Shown: piece after piece, positions 41,503 through 48,046 of the stretch
Layout of the letters: every line of letters begins with the position of its first letter
Position numbering within the stretch: position 1 is the first letter of the stretch
Origin: Candidatus Yanofskybacteria bacterium RIFCSPLOWO2_02_FULL_44_18
Lineage (GTDB): Bacteria > Patescibacteriota > Minisyncoccia > 2-02-FULL-40-12 > GWA2-44-9
Direction of reading: 5' to 3'
Assembly: GCA_001794755.1 (NCBI GenBank)
Contig: MGKT01000002.1
Coordinates: 65,130-122,024, forward strand
Length of the DNA: 56,895 nt
Program-made: the position numbers and the translations under genes
Notes under the pieces: generated by a model
Database searches by the model: none
Told to the model about the DNA's origin: nothing
What the model saw: only the letters and a program-made list of their open reading frames with translations

Positions 41503-43176
41503 ATGTCTAAAGAGCAAATCCCACATATTCCCAATGTTCTAACTACTCCGGAAAGGGTAATGGAGGAACATGGGCTAGATGAGTCAAAAGAGAAGGTAAA
41601 ACTTTCTCCGGAACAGGTTGAAACTAATGTTAATGAGCTAACGGAGCTTTCTGCTTCTCGTGCCGAAGCTTCTAAGCATGTTCGTGAGTCATATGGCGGT
41701 TTAACCAAATCTGAACGGGAAGAACTTAAAGAAAAAGGAGAAGGTGCCGTGGTGGCCCAGCTCGATGCATTAAATATTGATCCAGAATTAGCCGAGTTTT
41801 CTGAGGGAGTTTTGGCTGACTATGATAAGAGGATTCAAGAATTGGGTAGTAACCCGAAAGTTCTAGAGGAATATAAGAAAAGATTCGAGAAACTTAAAGG
41901 AACCTTAGGTAATGTCGTGGCGTATGAGCATATTCAAGGTGAGCTAGATGCTGTTACTAAGAGCGAGCAAAAACTCCGATTGTTATATGAAAAAGTCGGC
42001 CGTGCACCTGGTCCGATTGAGAAGAAAAAACTAGCTGAACTAACAGAACACAAAAATACTCTTCAAGAACAATTAAATAAGTTTGAATTAGATCCGGCTT
42101 CTGTCGGCATGCTACGGCGTAGAGAAGTCAGAAAAATGCAACAAGATCTTGAACGATATAGTTTTGCCGAAACAGAGTCCCGAACCGAACTAATCAGAGA
42201 AGTTTTGCCCGACCTCATGCAGGGCGCCCCGATTCTTTTTCAAGGTGAAACTGGTTCCGGTAAATCTCAACTAGCAAAATATATTTCCGAACGATATCTG
42301 GGCAAAGAACCGGTTATTATTTCGGTCAGTGAACAGATCAAGGAATCACAGATTATGGGTACCCGCGGATTAGAAAACGGAGAGACTGTCTTCAACTATT
42401 CTGAGTTTATCAAAGCTCAACAAGATGGACGACCGGTAGTACTTGATGAGGTGAATCTTATGCCTCACGAATTCTCCGGTCTTTTGCACGATCTTTTGCA
42501 GAAAAGAGTCGGCGATGTCTGGACTCACCCTGTTACAGGAGAAGCAATCAAAATTACCGCCCCTATCATGGCTACTGCCAACCTTAAGTCAGAACGCTAC
42601 AAACAGCGTTATGAGTTAGACGTGGCAACTCTCCGAAGATTCATCGGCGGAGCCGGAGCAAGAGAAATCCATTATTTGGACTTAGGCGAGAAAGACAAGG
42701 AAGGTAATTATATCGCTCCCGAAACATTAAAAATCCTAGCTTCAGTAATAGCCGATAGAAATGGCAATATTTCTTGGAGCGTCGGGGAAGCTCCACAGAA
42801 AATGGAACAGCTCAAAAGATTCGTTCAGGCTTGCCGTAAAATTCAAGAAGATTTTACCTTGAGTGTTCGGGAAGGTGCTGAAGAATCGTTAGCCAAAAGT
42901 GACCGCCTAGCTTTTAGAGAGTTGGTCATCACTCTTAAGGATCAAATTGAGATTATGAAGGCCTGGAAAGCGTCTGGTTTTCAAGAACCTTTAGACCAAA
43001 TCGTCTTGAAGGAATTCTTCCGAAAAGCTGAAATAAGCGGACGGGCAGCCAAAGACAGAGAGAATATGGTCAAGGTATTCATGGCTAATAAGTTTTTCCA
43101 AGACACTAAACCTGAAGATTTTAATATCCAAGGCCTTTCGGCTAAAACAGTTCGCCAATGGCAAGGAAAAGAATAA
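41503..43176 (+). CDS. MoxR-like AAA+ ATPase (AAA_5 type) with N-terminal coiled coil
   Basis: GETGSGKS, VVLDEVN, ATANL, LDVATLRRF. Confidence 0.88.
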   Translation: MSKEQIPHIPNVLTTPERVMEEHGLDESKEKVKLSPEQVETNVNELTELSASRAEASKHVRESYGGLTKSEREELKEKGEGAVVAQLDALNIDPELAEFSEGVLADYDKRIQELGSNPKVLEEYKKRFEKLKGTLGNVVAYEHIQGELDAVTKSEQKLRLLYEKVGRAPGPIEKKKLAELTEHKNTLQEQLNKFELDPASVGMLRRREVRKMQQDLERYSFAETESRTELIREVLPDLMQGAPILFQGETGSGKSQLAKYISERYLGKEPVIISVSEQIKESQIMGTRGLENGETVFNYSEFIKAQQDGRPVVLDEVNLMPHEFSGLLHDLLQKRVGDVWTHPVTGEAIKITAPIMATANLKSERYKQRYELDVATLRRFIGGAGAREIHYLDLGEKDKEGNYIAPETLKILASVIADRNGNISWSVGEAPQKMEQLKRFVQACRKIQEDFTLSVREGAEESLAKSDRLAFRELVITLKDQIEIMKAWKASGFQEPLDQIVLKEFFRKAEISGRAAKDRENMVKVFMANKFFQDTKPEDFNIQGLSAKTVRQWQGKE

Positions 43177-43995
43177 ATGCCATTTGAAGCCTACAAAATA
43201 TACGAAGAATACGAGCCAGATAAGTTTAAGACCACTACTCAAAAGAAAGTTGAGCAAGCTCTCGATACTGCTAAGAAAGAAGGGCTAGTTCCCGAGGCAA
43301 AAGAGGCCCACGTTGAATTTGAAGAAGCCAAAGAAATATTTGGAGCAGATTTTCTCGGTCCCGAATCTGTCGGGACAACATTTGGCGTTGAATTTTCTCA
43401 AGAAGAACTTAATCAGATAGAAAATATCCCATTTACTCGTGAAGAATTAGAAAAAGCCAAAGAGCTTGGAATGATGCTGGTCTTACGCGTGCCAAGAGTT
43501 GGCAAGGATAAAACCGCCAAGCCACTTACGATCAAGCAAATGAGAGGCGTATTCAAGGGAGAAGATAAGCTCGGTGATCCTAAAAAGAAAAAATCTCAAA
43601 TCTTCTACGATCAGGATTGGTATAACAAAGAAGAATTCGCCACCAAAGACACGCCATCTCTTGGTTGGGGTCTTGTTATGAAGAAAATACTAGAAGAATC
43701 AAGAAGTAAAAACTGGGATCAGCAACAAGAAGTACTTAAAAAGTGGGCAGAGGAAAACGGCATTGACTCCACTTCAATTAAACGCCGAACTCCGGTTGAG
43801 ATAGCTTATGATACGCTTCTTTATTATGGCGCGAATAAAGAGTCCTTGTTATCAGATACTTGGGATTGGACTGGCGTGCAGTCTTCCGACGGTCACTCCG
43901 TCTACGTTGGCTTCTTCGGCTCGGTCGGTCTCGTCGTGTACAGCGGTTCCCGCGGCGGTGCGTATTCGAGTCTCGGTGTCTGCCCCTCTCGGTAG
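43177..43995 (+). CDS. DGR target protein 2
   Basis: Paralog of target 1; VR2 at the 3' end. Confidence 0.92.
   Translation: MPFEAYKIYEEYEPDKFKTTTQKKVEQALDTAKKEGLVPEAKEAHVEFEEAKEIFGADFLGPESVGTTFGVEFSQEELNQIENIPFTREELEKAKELGMMLVLRVPRVGKDKTAKPLTIKQMRGVFKGEDKLGDPKKKKSQIFYDQDWYNKEEFATKDTPSLGWGLVMKKILEESRSKNWDQQQEVLKKWAEENGIDSTSIKRRTPVEIAYDTLLYYGANKESLLSDTWDWTGVQSSDGHSVYVGFFGSVGLVVYSGSRGGAYSSLGVCPSR
43876..43992 (+). repeat. variable repeat VR2
   Basis: 16 mismatches to the TR, all at TR adenines. Confidence 0.97.
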
Positions 43996-44066
43996 TTTCG
44001 TAGGGTACTTGGGAGCTTGGACTCCTTGATTCTTATTGGTTCCCTTGGGTATTCGAAAAAAATTTT
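43996..44066 (+). repeat. conserved post-VR element 2
   Basis: Same CTTGG-unit element as after VR1. Confidence 0.75.
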
Positions 44067-44082
44067 ATATAACCACATCTAA

Positions 44083-46071
44083 ATGCCAGAATCATTTCCC
44101 ATAAATAGAATAGAAGCTCCTCAAGACGAACCTAAGCCAGAGGTTCCAAAACAGGAAAACGAGATTGACGCTCAAGCAGTTGAGGAATTTTTAAATAAGG
44201 AAACCGAAATATTAGGAGCCTATGGATTGCGAGGCGATATTACCTTAGAACGAGGTAACGGTGGCTGGGCATTTGATTTTCAAAACAGAAAACTCATCTA
44301 TGATCCAAAATTCTTCATAGAACGTGGCTATAGCCTCCAGGAAACTCTCTTTGCCACCACTCATGAACTCATGGCTCACTACGGTGAGCTAATGCGTGAT
44401 CCGGAGCTTGTTTTAAAGGAAGCCAAACGATATAGCGCCAAAGGCCACCTTCATCTTTTATACAATATCTTTGAAGATGTGCTGGGTAACAGACGTATAG
44501 TTGCCGAGCTACCGTTCTTAGAAGAAACCCGGGAGCAACTTTACCGAGAAAAGATGTTTCCACCGACTGACTACACCGACAAATCTTCCCACGTTCAATT
44601 TACTTACGGCTTTATCCGCCAGATGATGGTGCCCGGTGAAGCGGTACAGCTTGGTCCAGAAGCTCAGACCGCTTTGGATAAATTAAGAAGCTTTGGCTCA
44701 GATAAAATAGATATTCTCGATCTGGTCACTACTCCAACTATTGATCCTAAAGATCGCTTTCGAATCATGCGGACAATTGTTGAACCTATTTATCGAGAAC
44801 TTTATGAAAAAGATTTGGAAGAAGAGAAGAAAAGTGGCAAGAGCAAGGATCAGGGCGAAGGATCACCCACAGACACTAAAGTTTCTGACAAACCGCAACA
44901 AGGCCAAGGTTCAGGTCAAGAGAAGAAAAAATGGTGGCAAAGAAAAAAGGAAGAACCTCAAGAAGGAAAAGGTAAAGAGCAACAACCTGGTAAGGGCGGA
45001 GATAAGAAATCCAGCGAGCGAGCCGCTAGAGAAGCGGCTGAAAAGAAGTTTAAGAAAGAATATAAGACCTATCACGATGGTCATCCCGAACCCATAACAC
45101 ATGCAGAAGAAAAACAAATCAAGAAGTTGATGGAAGAAATAGTCGCTAAAAAGGGCGGACAACCTACTCTTGAACAAAACATTCTTGAGGAATGGGCCCG
45201 TGAGCATGGAGTCAGCGCTGAGGATGTTCTCGGCTATCGCAAAGAGTATGAAGAGATTGCTCCCCTGGTGGCCGAGCTAAGAGAAGTTTTTAAAAAGATA
45301 ATTGCTAGACGGTTAAAAGAACGCTGGCAATTTTCGCCTCAGCTTAAAACAGAAGGTGAGGAGCTAGCCGAGGATACATTAGTCGACTCTTCAATTGAAT
45401 CACGAGCTGGAGGCCAACCGAGAGCGTTTAGAGAGATTGAAAGGCACAAGAGAGAACAGGAAGGCTATGGCATGCTGGATATGTCTTTGGTTAATGATTT
45501 ATCCGGCTCGATGAATGAGGGTGGCAAACTTGAAATGGACCGTAAGAGTAAGCTGTTATTCTTAGAGTCTCTGGCTGATTTTCAAAAAGAAATAGAAGAA
45601 GCTGAATTTGAAAGTGGTGTTTCATTAGGCCTGCAAGTTAGAACCGAAACCAGAGCGTTTGGTGACTTTGGAGATGTAGAATTAAAATCGTTATCACCCG
45701 ATTTATCGGAGAAAGACAGGATTGGGATTTGGAAAAAAATGCATAAAGCCGGTGGCGGTACGCCAGATTATCTTTCTCTTGAAGAAGTTCTTAATTCAAT
45801 AACTCCAGAACAAGAAAAGGAGTTAAGAGATAAGTCAAGAAGAAAAGTTATCGTCGTACTTTCTGATGGTGAGAGTCAAGATTCAGGCAAAGTTCAAGCT
45901 GTTTTACTCCAGCTAAGAAATAGAGGGGTTATATGTTTAGGATTGGGCATGACTGAATCAGGTCAAGCCGTCAAAGAAACATACAAGCCGGATGCCGAAG
46001 TAATAACAGATATCAAAGAGTTGCCACAAGCAGTTCAAAAAGTTATTCTAAAATATACTCAAGATCTATAA
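44083..46071 (+). CDS. vWA (MIDAS) protein with N-terminal metallopeptidase-like domain and charged linker
   Basis: THELMAH and YNIFED; MIDAS NDLSGSM, GGGTPD, VVLSDGE. Confidence 0.85.
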   Translation: MPESFPINRIEAPQDEPKPEVPKQENEIDAQAVEEFLNKETEILGAYGLRGDITLERGNGGWAFDFQNRKLIYDPKFFIERGYSLQETLFATTHELMAHYGELMRDPELVLKEAKRYSAKGHLHLLYNIFEDVLGNRRIVAELPFLEETREQLYREKMFPPTDYTDKSSHVQFTYGFIRQMMVPGEAVQLGPEAQTALDKLRSFGSDKIDILDLVTTPTIDPKDRFRIMRTIVEPIYRELYEKDLEEEKKSGKSKDQGEGSPTDTKVSDKPQQGQGSGQEKKKWWQRKKEEPQEGKGKEQQPGKGGDKKSSERAAREAAEKKFKKEYKTYHDGHPEPITHAEEKQIKKLMEEIVAKKGGQPTLEQNILEEWAREHGVSAEDVLGYRKEYEEIAPLVAELREVFKKIIARRLKERWQFSPQLKTEGEELAEDTLVDSSIESRAGGQPRAFREIERHKREQEGYGMLDMSLVNDLSGSMNEGGKLEMDRKSKLLFLESLADFQKEIEEAEFESGVSLGLQVRTETRAFGDFGDVELKSLSPDLSEKDRIGIWKKMHKAGGGTPDYLSLEEVLNSITPEQEKELRDKSRRKVIVVLSDGESQDSGKVQAVLLQLRNRGVICLGLGMTESGQAVKETYKPDAEVITDIKELPQAVQKVILKYTQDL

Positions 46072-46072
46072 T

Positions 46073-46900
46073 ATGCCATTTGAAGCCTACAAAATCTACG
46101 AAGAATACGAGCCGGATAAGTTCAAAAACTCGACTCAGAAAAAAGTTGAGCAAGCTTTGGATACTGCTAAAAGAGAAGGTCTTGTGCCTGAAGCCAAAGA
46201 AGTAAACATTGAATTCGATGAAGCTAGAGAGATATTTGGTAAAGATTTCCTTGGTCCGGAAGCTATTAAAACAACATATGGTATCGAACTTACTCCAGAC
46301 AAGCTACAAGAAATTGAGAACATACCATTTACTAGAGAGGAATTAGAACAAGCAAAACAATTGGGAATGATGCTGGTACTTAGGGTGCCGAGTATTGGTG
46401 AGGGCAAGGAAGCTAAGCCCCTAACTATTGATCAAATACGAGAGAAGTTTTCAGGCGGAGATACGCTAGGTGATCCTAAGAAAAAGAAGAAGAAAATGTT
46501 TTATCGAAGCAAGGGTGATGGGTGGTTTGATACGGAAAAGTTTGCTCTCGAAGGAACTCCCAAACTTGGCTGGGGCCTAGTAATGAAATCTGTTTTGCCG
46601 GACTCATTGAGCAAGAATTGGGATCAACAAGAAGAAGTACTCAAAAACTGGGCTAAGCAAAATAACATTGATCCAACGTTAGTTAAACGCAGAACACCTG
46701 TAGAAATTGTCTATGATACTTTTCTCTACTACGGAGAAAATAAAGAAACTCTATTAGAAGATACCTGGGACTGGACAGGCGTGCGGTCTTCCGGCGGTTT
46801 CTCCGTCTACGTTGGCGGCTTCGACTCGGACGGTCTCGGCGTGGGCGGCGGTTCCCGCGGCCGTGCGGATTCGAATCTCGGTGTCTGCCCCTCTCGGTAG
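46073..46900 (+). CDS. DGR target protein 3
   Basis: Paralog of targets 1 and 2; VR3 at the 3' end. Confidence 0.92.
   Translation: MPFEAYKIYEEYEPDKFKNSTQKKVEQALDTAKREGLVPEAKEVNIEFDEAREIFGKDFLGPEAIKTTYGIELTPDKLQEIENIPFTREELEQAKQLGMMLVLRVPSIGEGKEAKPLTIDQIREKFSGGDTLGDPKKKKKKMFYRSKGDGWFDTEKFALEGTPKLGWGLVMKSVLPDSLSKNWDQQEEVLKNWAKQNNIDPTLVKRRTPVEIVYDTFLYYGENKETLLEDTWDWTGVRSSGGFSVYVGGFDSDGLGVGGGSRGRADSNLGVCPSR
46781..46897 (+). repeat. variable repeat VR3
   Basis: 18 mismatches to the TR, all at TR adenines. Confidence 0.97.
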
Positions 46901-46971
46901 TTTCATAGGGTGCTTGGGCACTTGGATTCCTTGATTCTTGTTGGTCCCCTTGGGTTTTCGAAAAAATTTTA
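46901..46971 (+). repeat. conserved post-VR element 3
   Basis: Same element as after VR1 and VR2. Confidence 0.75.
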
Positions 46972-47066
46972 TACTTCCCCTAATTAGTGAGTTGGCAACT
47001 TGCTTTACTTAGTTTTATGTCTAAGCTATGGTGGACGCCATGGTCGATATTTGATAAAATTCCCTT

Positions 47067-47222
47067 AACAATTCATTGCCTAACCCCATTGATACCCTCA
47101 GTGGATATGGCATAAAACCCACCTGCATACTGAACCCGTCGTTCAGCTCCATGCAGGTGGTCCATATCCGAAAGGGTATGGGAGGGCGCAAGCCCTCGGC
47201 TAGCGGCGGGCTTTGTGTTTTT
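47067..47222 (+). ncRNA. unidentified structured RNA, copy B
   Basis: Promoter TGGACG-N17-TAAAAT (47032-47060); GAAA and GCAA tetraloop hairpins; covaries with copy A. Confidence 0.65.
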
Positions 47223-47259
47223 ACAAAAAGCTCTCGCTGGATAAAACCCACCTGCACAA

Positions 47260-48045
47260 ATGAAAATAAAAATTATTGTACTTTATTTGTTTTTAGTTCT
47301 TTCAATTTTTGTAACTCAAAAGGTCGAAGCCGTTTCTGGCGCCTGCTCTTATCATGGCGGTGTAGATTGCGGTGCTGGCCCAGATTATGACGGTAGTGTT
47401 ATCTGCAACGATGGCTGGCGAGATAGCTCTGTGGGGTATTACGGAACTTCTATGTGTAGAAGTAGCGATATTCCGCTTTGTGTGTATCCTGTTGGAATTG
47501 GATGCACCGATGAATCATCTTATAACAGCATGAGAGCGATGTGGGCTCGCTCTGGATATCCGGATACGATGCTTTCAAATCTTCAAGAATGTCGTAATCA
47601 AATTGATGAATATAATAGATTAAAAGCTGAGTATGATTCCTGTCTATACAGAATGATGAATCCGACCCCGTATCCTACGCCGATACTTACTCCTCTCCCA
47701 ACAGCAACTCCATATTATGACCCATGTCCTGAAGGCTGGATAAATTTAAAAAGTTTAAATCTTTGCATTAAACCTGCAACTCCTACACCAATTCCTCTTG
47801 TTACGCCAACCCCGACACCGACAGAGTTATTCAAGGACTTATTTAAAAATTACTCATCCACACCTGCTCCAAAACCAAAAGTAACACCAAAGGTTACCCT
47901 TACTCCAAAAATAAGACCCACCATGTCCCCATCCATAAATCCGGAACCAACAGCAACCATAGAGGCCAGAAAAGAGGCATTAGTTTCAAACAATAATACC
48001 CTGACAAGAGTATTTAATTTATTTAAGAAAATTAAGTTCTGGTAA
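47260..48045 (+). CDS. secreted Cys-rich protein with Pro/Thr-rich stalk
   Basis: Signal peptide (..KVEA), ACSYHGGVDC..CNDGW motif, PTP repeats. Confidence 0.8.
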   Translation: MKIKIIVLYLFLVLSIFVTQKVEAVSGACSYHGGVDCGAGPDYDGSVICNDGWRDSSVGYYGTSMCRSSDIPLCVYPVGIGCTDESSYNSMRAMWARSGYPDTMLSNLQECRNQIDEYNRLKAEYDSCLYRMMNPTPYPTPILTPLPTATPYYDPCPEGWINLKSLNLCIKPATPTPIPLVTPTPTPTELFKDLFKNYSSTPAPKPKVTPKVTLTPKIRPTMSPSINPEPTATIEARKEALVSNNNTLTRVFNLFKKIKFW

Positions 48046-48046
48046 T

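Noticed and set aside
47161-47211. c-di-GMP-I riboswitch in RNA copy B (GAAA stem, GGGCGCAAGCC)
   Set aside because: Lacks the GGCAAAC junction and tetraloop-receptor stem, and copy A does not keep these bases; an HDV-like ribozyme fold also could not be fitted by eye
47620-47960. Repetitive CCN-ACN sequence
   Set aside because: Encodes an ordinary Pro/Thr-rich stalk
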